This document shows positions 8,585 through 17,700 of a DNA stretch of 40,000 nt, one piece after another; position 1 is the stretch's first letter, and each line of letters opens with the position of its first letter. This DNA is from Candidatus Uabimicrobium amorphum (GTDB lineage: Bacteria > Planctomycetota > Uabimicrobiia > Uabimicrobiales > Uabimicrobiaceae). The position numbers and the translations under genes were made by a program. Location of the stretch: NCBI RefSeq assembly GCF_009002475.1, contig NZ_AP019860.1:7769547-7809546 (forward strand). The letters are read 5' to 3'. The notes under the pieces are model-generated. The model was given only the letters and a program-made list of their open reading frames with translations, was not told the DNA's origin and searched no databases.

Positions 8585-8680
8585 GGGTGACCCTCCAGAT
8601 TAAATATGGGTTTATGATGAGCAAATGGAGAACCGAACAGCTAATAATCTGGATTAGCTGCTTATCACGGACCAATTGCT
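8585..8680 (-). promoter_or_regulatory. Structured 5' leader, copy B (tandem duplicate of copy A)
   Basis: Perfect 8-bp hairpin CAGCUAAU-CCAGAUU-AUUAGCUG (8638-8660). Relative to copy A the stem has compensatory changes (UUGC/GCAA versus CAGC/GCUG). The loop segment UCCAGAU is complementary to AUCUGGA (8594-8600), which overlaps a second SD GGAGG (8592-8596). Conserved flanks: UUGGUCCGUG (8666-8675) and UUCGG. Confidence 0.4.
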
Positions 8681-8775
8681 ATGAATTTTTTAGTATTATT
8701 TTATGATGAATAAATCAGAAAGAAATTGCAAGAAGTATTTTTAAAGATCTTAAATTTATTTAAAATAACCATTAT

Positions 8776-9222
8776 ATGTCTTTGAGTACAAAAAATAGCT
8801 TTGGAGAATTAAAAATGGAAGAAAAAAATCTACAAGTTACAAGCAACGTAGGACTTTACTATGTTTGCTACAAGTTGTCATTACAAGGTTGGAATGCTAT
8901 GCCTACAGCAAGAAATGCTAAAGGAGTCGATATCATTGCTTATAACTCTGATTGCTCAAAAATGATAAGCATACAGGTTAAAACCCTTAGCAAACGTAAT
9001 GCTGTCCCCTTGGGAAGAGATCTTGGCAAAGTGATGGGAAATTATTGGATTATTGTAAATGAAATAGATAAAGAACCAAAGACTTTTGTCCTAATTCCTG
9101 AAGAAGTTAAAAAATTAGCAGAAAAAAGGGAGAAAGAGGGGCAAGTATCATACTGGTTACAGGTGAAATCGTACTCTAATGAAGAGTATTTCGAAAAATG
9201 GGATAGAATAGGAGAGATTTAG
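8776..9222 (+). CDS. Small PD-(D/E)XK-like hypothetical protein
   Basis: GVDIIAY...ISIQVKT matches a D...(E/Q)xK nuclease-fold core pattern. The likelier start is ATG 8815, with GGAG at 8803-8806 eight nt upstream. It is the only plus-strand gene between two minus-strand units. Confidence 0.4.
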   Translation: MSLSTKNSFGELKMEEKNLQVTSNVGLYYVCYKLSLQGWNAMPTARNAKGVDIIAYNSDCSKMISIQVKTLSKRNAVPLGRDLGKVMGNYWIIVNEIDKEPKTFVLIPEEVKKLAEKREKEGQVSYWLQVKSYSNEEYFEKWDRIGEI

Positions 9223-9704
9223 TAAACGAACTCTTCCAAGTTTGTCCCAGATTTTGATAACTAAAATTTTCATCCTAAATGTCTCCATGATTTAGCTACT
9301 GTAACCTTTTAAAGGTTTGGCAATTTTGAGTTTTGTCGTAAATAACCATACTCATGAGATATCTCAAAAACAACTGTTAATCCTTTCGATATTAGATACA
9401 GGAAAAAAAATTTAAACATTTTTTTGCAATGCAACCAACTCTTTTTTTGCAACTAATTTTTTTGTACATAAAATTTGTATTGTTTTGGACACCTAAGATA
9501 TTTTTATCACACCAATATGGTATTGTCATTCTTTTTGGTATACTTCTATATCTGAGTTATTTTGGAAAAGTACTTCACATTCTCGCCACTTCTATTGCAA
9601 TAGAGCAATACATCTTTTCTCATAAAAGGTTCACAAAAAGATGCTAATAAATATCTCGACCAAGAACAATACTATTTGAAATCTAAATAAAAAGTTTTGA
9701 TTTC

Positions 9705-10478
9705 TTATCCACTCTCCACCATTGCATATGCTGAATGATTGTGTATGCTTTCAAAATTTTCAGATTCGACCCGATACCAAAGTATACGGGGGTCTTGATT
9801 TAGTAAGACGGCTGCATTTCGGACTAAATCTTCAACAAAAACAGGTTTATCATACGCTTTCTCAGTAACATATTTTTCATCTTCGCGTTTTAGTAATGTG
9901 TAAAGTGGAGAACTTGCTGAACTTTCAGCAATCTCTATTAGTTCCTCAATCCAAACAAAATCGGAATACTTTACTTGAATTGTAACTATCGCCCTTTGGT
10001 TATGTGCGCCATATTTGCTAATTTCTTTTGAGCAAGGGCATAGTGTTGTTACTGGAGTCTTTACTTGCAAGATATTGTTATATTGCTGATCTTGTTTACT
10101 ATAGCTTGCGATAAACGAACAATTGTAATCTAAGAGGCTCTTACGTTTAGAAACAGGAGCGATTTTGCTGATAAAGTAAGCAAAATCTATTTCAACATGC
10201 GCACAATCAGAATTGAGTTGGTCTGTCATTTTTCCTAAAAGTTGGTTTATATTTCTTAAGGTAACCTCTCCACGATATTCATTTAGTATTTCAACAAAGC
10301 GAGACATATGAGTACCTTTGAAATGATGAGGGAGATCTACATACATCGATATATTGGCAATGGTAGATTGGTACTCATTATTTTTGTCTAGCACTTCAAT
10401 AGGATAACGAAGATCTTTTACGCCTACTTTTTTAATAGGAATTTTTCGATTATCATGGCTATTTTGAACATCTCTCAT
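9705..10478 (-). CDS. folE2: GTP cyclohydrolase IB (FolE2 type)
   Basis: DNRKIPIKKVGVKDLRYPI, DLPHHFKGTHMSRF, TTLCPCSKEISKYGAHNQR are diagnostic FolE2/MptA-family motifs. AAGGAG SD precedes the ATG. Confidence 0.85.
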   Translation of the reverse strand: MRDVQNSHDNRKIPIKKVGVKDLRYPIEVLDKNNEYQSTIANISMYVDLPHHFKGTHMSRFVEILNEYRGEVTLRNINQLLGKMTDQLNSDCAHVEIDFAYFISKIAPVSKRKSLLDYNCSFIASYSKQDQQYNNILQVKTPVTTLCPCSKEISKYGAHNQRAIVTIQVKYSDFVWIEELIEIAESSASSPLYTLLKREDEKYVTEKAYDKPVFVEDLVRNAAVLLNQDPRILWYRVESENFESIHNHSAYAMVESG

Positions 10479-10632
10479 TGGTTTCTCCTTAGGTTTTTAA
10501 GTTTTTTATTTACAAAAATTATTGTCAATGGTTTAGCTATGATATTTACTTTGTTTATTAATTGACAAAAGTATTCTAAATAAATTTTCAAATAACTGCA
10601 TTATAAATATATAAACTTATTAAAAATAACTG

Positions 10633-10638
10633 TATAAT
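10633..10638 (+). promoter_or_regulatory. Candidate -10 box (TATAAT) for the dpdB/dpdA operon
   Basis: Perfect TATAAT 65 nt upstream of the dpdB ATG, in the 225-bp divergent AT-rich region. There is no convincing -35. In DNA this AT-rich, chance matches are likely. Confidence 0.2.
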
Positions 10639-10703
10639 ATAATTATATTTGTTTTTCGTAATTATTCCTAAATTAAATTCTTGTATAGATTGTAGAAAAC
10701 TAT

Positions 10704-11816
10704 ATGTCTAAAACACTCAAAGTGCGTACTCTTTGTACAAAACAAGATAAAACAACAATTTATTCTTTTTTTCTGCCAGGAAAACTCATACTTGAGATTG
10801 CTGATATTTCAAGAATAAAGAAAGATCAAAATGAAAAATTGTTAGGATACCAAAGAAATGAAGTTAACAATCATGTAAAAGAAATAGTTGAGTATTTAGA
10901 CTCAAAAAATATTATTTTTCCTAACTCCATCATTTTAGCTATATCTAGTGCTGTTTCTTTCAAGCAAAGTCGAGGACCTCAAGTTGGGGGCAATTATTGT
11001 ACTGCTGGAATTCTTGAAATTCCTAAGACAATTTCTGGCAAAAAACCTGCATGGATTGTAGATGGTCAACAGAGAAGTCTTGCACTTATGAAGTGCAAAA
11101 ATAAAAATTTAGTTGTTCCCATCACAGCATTCATAAGCGATGACTTCGAAGTTCATCGAACACAATTTTTACTAGTTAACAAAGTTAAACCCTTACCAAA
11201 AGGTTTGATCAATGAACTTCTTCCAGAAGTGAATACTCTTTTACCACCAAGTTTAGCAAAAAATAAAATTCCATCGGCAATATGTAATCTTCTCAATAAA
11301 GATCCAGAATCTCCATTCCGAGGTCTCATTATCAGGCAAACAACAGATAGAAAAATTGAAAAAGCAGCAGTCGTTACAGATAACTCCATTATTCAAATGG
11401 TAAGAAGTAGTTTGAACAATCCTCATGGATGTTTGTACCAATATAAAAACGTAGCCAGTGGCGAAATTGATTTTGAAAGTGTTAGGTTAACTCTAAATCT
11501 CTACTGGGGTGTTGTGAAAGATTTATTTCCTAATGCTTGGGGAAAACCAGCGACTCAAAGTCGTTTGATGCATGGTGTTGGGATAAAGTCTATGAGCGTT
11601 TTAATGGATAGAGTTATGGTAAGTCATACAATAAATGAAAAAAATTTACAGCAAACAATAAAACAGAAAATGTCCATCATACCACCTGTATGTGCCTGGA
11701 CAGAGGGAAAGTGGGAGCATTTAGGAGGCATTCAGTGGAATCATCTTCAAAATACATCAAGTCACATCAAATTACTTTCAAATATGCTTATTAGAGTTTA
11801 TATGGGGGTTAACTAA
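10704..11816 (+). CDS. dpdB: DGQHR-domain (DndB/ParB-like) protein, DpdB-like
   Basis: LLGYQRNEV, PAWIVDGQQRSLAL, QFLLVNKVKPLPKGLINELLP, RLMHGVGIKSM. The TAA stop is followed immediately by the GTG start of the DpdA gene. Confidence 0.75.
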   Translation: MSKTLKVRTLCTKQDKTTIYSFFLPGKLILEIADISRIKKDQNEKLLGYQRNEVNNHVKEIVEYLDSKNIIFPNSIILAISSAVSFKQSRGPQVGGNYCTAGILEIPKTISGKKPAWIVDGQQRSLALMKCKNKNLVVPITAFISDDFEVHRTQFLLVNKVKPLPKGLINELLPEVNTLLPPSLAKNKIPSAICNLLNKDPESPFRGLIIRQTTDRKIEKAAVVTDNSIIQMVRSSLNNPHGCLYQYKNVASGEIDFESVRLTLNLYWGVVKDLFPNAWGKPATQSRLMHGVGIKSMSVLMDRVMVSHTINEKNLQQTIKQKMSIIPPVCAWTEGKWEHLGGIQWNHLQNTSSHIKLLSNMLIRVYMGVN

Positions 11817-14111
11817 GTGAAATTTTTTTTTGCTGAAAATATAGATTATATTGATCCCAACTTTAATTTTGATACCGAAACTTGGTCGAAAAATAGAATT
11901 CCTCAAATTGATGATGTATATCCACATGAAGTATTTGAGACATGTCCGTATGATGGACTCTTGGTTTCTCGTAATATTGTAGGGGATTTATTTCATAAAG
12001 GAAAGTTTTCAACTAACCAAAAGTATCGCCTTTTTAGAGAAGGCGTTCATAAATATTTTAGGCTTCCAAAAACAAATTTTCCTGTCATCGGTGATTGTGG
12101 TTCGTTTTCATATATAAACATGGATTTACCTCCTTTTACTAATAATGAAATTATTGAGTACTATCAGATGTGTAATTTTACTCATGGAGTTTCTATAGAT
12201 CATGTTATCGCAAAAATGCAAACTGTTTGGGACAATGAGAAAAGGCGACCATCTGAAATTACTAAAAGAGCAGAGTTCTCTTCTCGAAGTGCTATAGAAT
12301 TTTTAAAAATTTGCCAAGCGAAAAAAGTTGACTTTACACCAATTGGAGCAGTGCAAAGTTGGAGTCCCAAATCTGCTGGTAAGTACGCAAAAACTTTAGT
12401 CGATGCCGGATATAAGTACATAGGGTTAGGAGGAATGGCTTATCAACCAACAGACTTTCTTTATGATGCTATTTCTGAAGTTCGTTCAAAGATCCCAAGT
12501 AATGTAAAATTGCACATTTTTGGTTTTAATAGGTTAGAGAAAATTGAAAAATTTACTGGTTTGGGTATTGATTCTTTTGATAGTACTTCCCCGATACTAA
12601 AAGCATTCAAAGATGAAGATGATAACTACTTCTTTGGTAAATCCAAAAGATATCGAGCTATTAGAATCCCCCAAGTTTACGAAAATATGGACATAAAGAG
12701 AAAAGTTCAGAGAGGTGTTATAAATCAAGACGTTGCATCTCAATTGGAACAAGATGCCTTGATGAAAATAAGAAATTATGCAAAAGAAAAGACTGGTTTA
12801 GAAGAATCATTAGAAGCAATAGTTACTTATGAAAACTATGTTTTTGGAAAAAGTTGCCGTCAAAAATATCGTAATGTACTTTATGAAAGTCCTTGGAAAA
12901 ATTGTACTTGCCCAATATGTAAGCAGTTAGGGATAGAAGTTATAATTTACAGAGGAACAAATAGAAATAAACGTAGAGGATTTCATAACCTTTTCCATTT
13001 CTACCAAGAACTTCAAAGGGTAAGAGAAATGAAACAACAAATTGTGGCACCGTGCATAAAAACAGAGCAGAGTCCAGGCAAGTATATATATTCATTTGTA
13101 GTGAATGGTAAAGACATCTCAAAATTTGCCTCTGTTTCGAGAGTTAAAAGAGGAGATAATGGAGATCTGTTAGGCTATCAGCGACCTGAGGTGATGCAGC
13201 ATATCCAAGAAATAAAGGAGTACATAGAAAGTGACAATTCAATACTTCCAAACTCTTTAGTTATTGCTTTTCAGAAGAACATTGATTTTTGTACTTGCGA
13301 AAAAATAAATGTTTACAGTGAACTGGGTAAGTTGACCATAAGCTATAGTGATAAAAATAAACCTGGATGGATTGTAGATGGTCAGCAAAGAGCAGCAGCT
13401 TTAAGAGTAGCAAATCAACCGAATTTTCCTATTTCGGTTGTTGCTTTCGTATCAAACGGAGAAAATGATGAAAGACAACAATTTGTTCTTGTAAATAATA
13501 CAAAACCTCTTCCAAAAAGTTTAATATATGAGTTACTACCAAGTTTTGAAGAACATGTACCAAGTAAACTAAAGACTAGGCGTGAAGCTTATATTATTCT
13601 TGAAAAACTTAATGTTGATAGAAATTCACCTTTTTATATGCGTATAAAAACAATGACTTATAGAGGAATAGAAACTGCGAATATAAAAGACATGTCTATC
13701 TTAAAAATGCTTGAAAATAGCCTTACCAACGGTATCCTTTTTAAGTATAGACATAATCCACAAAAAGTATCTGACATACTTCTAAATTATTGGAATGCTG
13801 TAAAAACATACTATTCAGATATATGGCATCTCCCTCCGAGAAGAAATCGGTTAACACATGGCGTTGGTATTGTAAGTATGGGATATCTCATGGATACTAT
13901 CTCATGGCGACTTATGAAGCGTGGAAAAGTTCCTTTATCTGAGAGATATTTAGATGAATTAAAAATTCTTGGTAAAGATGTTCCATGGAATAATGGTACT
14001 TGGAAGTTTAGTAAATCAATGATTTTACCATGGAATGAAATTCAAAATACAATAAGGCATATAGACATGGTCACCAATTTTTTATTAAGAAGGTACACTC
14101 ATAAAAATTAA
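11817..14111 (+). CDS. dpdA: DpdA-like DNA (7-deazaguanine) transglycosylase fused to a second DGQHR (DpdB-like) domain
   Basis: aa 1-400 are TGT-like: PVIGDCGSFSY, GVSIDH, GLGGMA, LHIFGFN, DSFDSTSP, and the zinc motif NCTCPIC...RRGFHN. aa ~415-764 are DGQHR: LLGYQRPEV, PGWIVDGQQRAAAL, QFVLVNNTKPLPKSLIYELLP, RLTHGVGIVSM. Confidence 0.8.
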   Translation: MKFFFAENIDYIDPNFNFDTETWSKNRIPQIDDVYPHEVFETCPYDGLLVSRNIVGDLFHKGKFSTNQKYRLFREGVHKYFRLPKTNFPVIGDCGSFSYINMDLPPFTNNEIIEYYQMCNFTHGVSIDHVIAKMQTVWDNEKRRPSEITKRAEFSSRSAIEFLKICQAKKVDFTPIGAVQSWSPKSAGKYAKTLVDAGYKYIGLGGMAYQPTDFLYDAISEVRSKIPSNVKLHIFGFNRLEKIEKFTGLGIDSFDSTSPILKAFKDEDDNYFFGKSKRYRAIRIPQVYENMDIKRKVQRGVINQDVASQLEQDALMKIRNYAKEKTGLEESLEAIVTYENYVFGKSCRQKYRNVLYESPWKNCTCPICKQLGIEVIIYRGTNRNKRRGFHNLFHFYQELQRVREMKQQIVAPCIKTEQSPGKYIYSFVVNGKDISKFASVSRVKRGDNGDLLGYQRPEVMQHIQEIKEYIESDNSILPNSLVIAFQKNIDFCTCEKINVYSELGKLTISYSDKNKPGWIVDGQQRAAALRVANQPNFPISVVAFVSNGENDERQQFVLVNNTKPLPKSLIYELLPSFEEHVPSKLKTRREAYIILEKLNVDRNSPFYMRIKTMTYRGIETANIKDMSILKMLENSLTNGILFKYRHNPQKVSDILLNYWNAVKTYYSDIWHLPPRRNRLTHGVGIVSMGYLMDTISWRLMKRGKVPLSERYLDELKILGKDVPWNNGTWKFSKSMILPWNEIQNTIRHIDMVTNFLLRRYTHKN

Positions 14112-14133
14112 GTAAAATAGTCCACTGTTTTAC

Positions 14134-14703
14134 CTAAAGATCTTTCGCCGACAATTTTCTAGCTCCTTTTAATTTTGCGACTAGTTGTATTTTATTACCA
14201 TTATACTCTGGGTGATCAAATGCAAAATAGTTTGCATTTTGTGACTGCCGATATAAACCACTATGAGTGTAATTCGTTGTCCCAGTTATTATTGCTAAAG
14301 GTGTAACCACTCCTTTAGCATGTAACTCTGGACATTCATATATACTTGCTTGATATCGTAGCGATTTTTTTAAAAAAGTTCGCTCATGCCAATATTTTTC
14401 TTTATCTTTGCTTAATCCTTTTTTTGAGAAACCGTATTTCAATATAGCTATATGAACTTTCCATTTTTGTTTGGAAAAGTGATAAATTAAGTCTAGTAAA
14501 CGTAAACTAGTTTCCCTATAACCAATTGTCAATTGTTGGTGCCAAACTCCTGGGGTTACTGTCAACTCAAAATTGGATATCCATGGAGAAATAATGAAAA
14601 GTTCTTTTTCATTTGGCATTTTTAGATTATTTTGAGCTGTATATAAATTTAGAGCAAGTATGTCCAATAATATTTTGGGTTCTAGCCATGTAACGTTGGG
14701 CAT
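14134..14703 (-). CDS. dpdK: Phospholipase-D-family (single HKD) nuclease, DpdK-like
   Basis: FIISPWIS and LHAKGVV...IITGTTNYTHSG (HxK...GxxN). Last gene of the minus-strand operon. AAGGA SD. Confidence 0.7.
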   Translation of the reverse strand: MPNVTWLEPKILLDILALNLYTAQNNLKMPNEKELFIISPWISNFELTVTPGVWHQQLTIGYRETSLRLLDLIYHFSKQKWKVHIAILKYGFSKKGLSKDKEKYWHERTFLKKSLRYQASIYECPELHAKGVVTPLAIITGTTNYTHSGLYRQSQNANYFAFDHPEYNGNKIQLVAKLKGARKLSAKDL

Positions 14704-14718
14704 TAATAGTCCTTCAAA

Positions 14719-17700
14719 TTAAAAATCCATGTGTGGGCGAATCCAAGGTTTTAGTAAAAATGTTGCATCCCATGATCGTCGAAAAACTCTCTCCCATCCA
14801 GCAGGAACGGAAGTAGGAATAATAACTAAGTGTTGGTTACCATTACAACTCATATCTGGCAAATCCAATTCGATTTGTGGAAAGTTTGGTAAGGTTTGTC
14901 CCATACAAGACGCAACAACTTGACCAAGATCTTCCCATAATATTGTATGAGCCATTTCTGTTCCTGGATAGCGTAGTCTAGTTTCAGGCTCTTCAGATGA
15001 GCAAATTAGGTAACGATATAGGGCATCAAGTACCAGTTTGTTTACAGTTTCCTGTGCGTTTAAACTACCATGGATGTTTTGTTCTGGCGATAAAATGCAT
15101 GAAATACAACCACTGATGCAAAACCCCATAGCTGATTCTAAAGACTGATAAACAGGATAGAACTCGCTCCCCACTAGTCTAGCATTTTGATAACATGAAT
15201 ATTCACTACTTACATAAGCAATAAACTCTGGACAGTACTGGAAAGGTAAAATATGATCAAAAGATTTCATACCAAATTCATTACGAAAAAATTCAAATAT
15301 TTTTCCTGCTATCTGTTTCTCTCCACGAACAGCGGTTTCCAAATCTTTAAACCAATCCTCTATACCTAAGTTATGAAAAGCTATATGTGTTGCGTGACTA
15401 CTTTCACATTCGTGTAAGGCTTCTTCAAAACAATGTGTGAAATCCATTGTTGGAAGTGGGTCTGGAGTGTTTTCTAGTGCACTAAGTTTTGATGTTAAAA
15501 CCCTTTCTATTGCTGTTATTAAAAAATGGTCACGAACAAGTTCAGAAGCACCGTTACCAAAAGCATCAGTATCAAAAAGATATATGTCTACTTTATCTTC
15601 TTCTAAAATACGATAAAAATAGCTTAACTCTTGGGCTTCTGCACCTGTTAAACGTAGAGCTGCAGAATGTATAGTCATTCCCAAAGAATTGATAAGAATA
15701 TCTAACGATTTTTCTTTGAAAAAATCGTTAGTAAGCAGGTTAATATTTGAACAAGCTTGTTCAAAATTACCATATGTGCTCATTAAAGAGTCACAGTGGG
15801 CTTGTACATTATTTGGTTCGTGTATTCTCGCGATTATATTGCAAATCTCTCGAAAAATTCTCCTGTCCAGAAAATTGGGATGTTCTTCAGTAAAACACCC
15901 AACCACTTCATCAAAAATTAGACTAAATGGTTCAGAAGCTTTCTTTTCCTCTGAATCAGAAGGATGCCACCTCACCATTAAGTGAAACAAAATTATAGTT
16001 CTCAAATTACGAACAGTAAACACCGACGGACGACTTTGATTTGCTAGCCATGGAGGTGCATCTGCAGCAGGAGGATCACAAGCATTTTCAGTTAAAAAAG
16101 CGTGTAAAACTTGAATAATGAGGGATTGGTAGACTACAGAGTTAGAATGTTGGTGTATTTCATTAATAAACATTCCAATTTTGGAATTTACTCCTGTATC
16201 TAACTGAAAAACTATGCCAGGTGCTTGATACTCGTGACCAATAGCTATTGGCGGATGACTTCCATCAGATTCTAATCCACGATAAACAAGGCGTGAAGCG
16301 TTAACTGTACGTGACATAAATTGGCGTTCTAATCCCCATGCAAATTCAGTAATTTTTAAATTTGGCTCGAAAGAAATATTATAAAATAATGATGTTGTTA
16401 GTGGTTGAGGAATACTAGGTAATTTTTTACTTGCGTATTTCTGAAAATAAGAAAAACGATCAGGAATAACTGAAGCTTTTTTTCCTTTGTTTATTCTATA
16501 CCATTTCAGTGGGTAACAACGTGGAGGAGTTGGTACGCTAATGATTCCATTATTATCTCCACTAACCCGGTCTCTACTATCCCCATCAGCCAACATGCCA
16601 TCCGAGATCTGTACAAGTGGCTCACTTGATGAAGTAATCACTCCAATTTGACGAGGAGTGTAAACTGTAATCTCGCCTGTACCAACAAAGCCAGGGGGAA
16701 GATCCTGTGGTAGTAAATTTGAACAAACCGTTGGCTCAAAATATTCTGCATTATCTACGCATAAATAAACTCCCTGAACTCTGGGAATAACCGCATTGGG
16801 AAAACCCTGAGCAGCTAATTGACTAACTGGTACCTTACGTGGAGAAGAGGAGTAACGATATGTAATTGTACCTGGAAGAAGTAGAGATATTGCTAATGAA
16901 ACGGTTTCATATCCTAACTCGCGCTGTTGCCCATTGACCATTTCAAACACTCGAACCGTTTCGTTTCCAGATGCTTCAAATAGATTTGGAGGCCATAAAT
17001 AGGGCTGATTGCTAGGAATATTTTTTTCTGGTACCCCTCTTCTAAATATCACTGATGAGAGTAAATTCCACAGATAACTTCGGTGAAGTGAAGCATTGGG
17101 TGTTTGACCCGGCGGAACTTTATCATATGTTTGTAAAAAACGTTCATGTCTACCTAAAGATCCTGGTAAATTACGAGTAGGTGGTTCATACTTAGAAGCG
17201 CAAATTTCAGCTAATGTAGGGTTTCCTTGAATTGGTAAAGGCGTTAGAAAAAAATTAGGTCCAAATTCGTGTTGGAAAACATCAATGACTCCCACTTTCC
17301 TTGCTAGAGGGGCATCGGCTGAAGTTAACTCGCTTACCTCTGTTGGATTAGATATCTCATGAGTTTTTGCACCTAGATCTGTTAAATAGATTTTTAAATT
17401 TTTCAGATTTTCTTCTTTACATGGATGATTTCCAAAAAGAAAATTATAAACGGCTTCCACTTTCTTATCCCACCGAGAAAAAGAACGATCATATTGATGA
17501 TCATTAATCAGGTTTATTCGGTGTCCATCATTTTGAATACGTGAATTGTTTGGCCCATCATTTTGCAAACATAAAAAATCAATAATTGCCATAAAAAAAT
17601 GATGGCATGCAATAATACGGTTATCTTCATGAAAAGGTATTGGTTGCAAATAGTCGGGGTCTAGGGCAATTTGAGGATTTCTAAAATAATACTGATCGCG

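Noticed and set aside
8447-8685. Classifying the tandem leader as a known preQ1 (class I, II or III), purine, ZTP or THF riboswitch.
   Set aside because: It matches none of the consensus features I remember, such as the preQ1-I short stem with an A-rich tail ending in the SD. I therefore report it only as an unclassified candidate.
9296-9335. Possible rho-independent terminator (aaccttttaaaggtt followed by T-rich sequence) downstream of the PD-(D/E)XK-like gene.
   Set aside because: The palindrome leaves essentially no loop unless the stem shrinks to 4 AT-rich base pairs, which is too weak to call.
9429-9647. 72-aa plus-strand ORF in the spacer between the PD-(D/E)XK-like gene and folE2.
   Set aside because: No SD. 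The sequence is very hydrophobic and low-complexity (FLQLIFLYIKFVLFW), as expected from translating T-rich DNA. I keep the region only as a low-interest non-coding observation.
10479-10703. -35/-10 promoter calls and operator sites in the folE2/dpdB divergent region, and likewise in 34381-34529 and 8686-8775.
   Set aside because: TTGACA-like and TATAAT-like hexamers occur, but not with proper 16-18 bp spacing. In DNA this AT-rich, such matches are expected by chance. I list only one low-confidence -10 box.
11153-13122. Minus-strand ORFs 11153-11389, 11253-11441, 12200-12421 and 12940-13122 inside dpdB and the DpdA fusion.
   Set aside because: Shadow ORFs antisense to genes with clear family motifs. 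No independent support.
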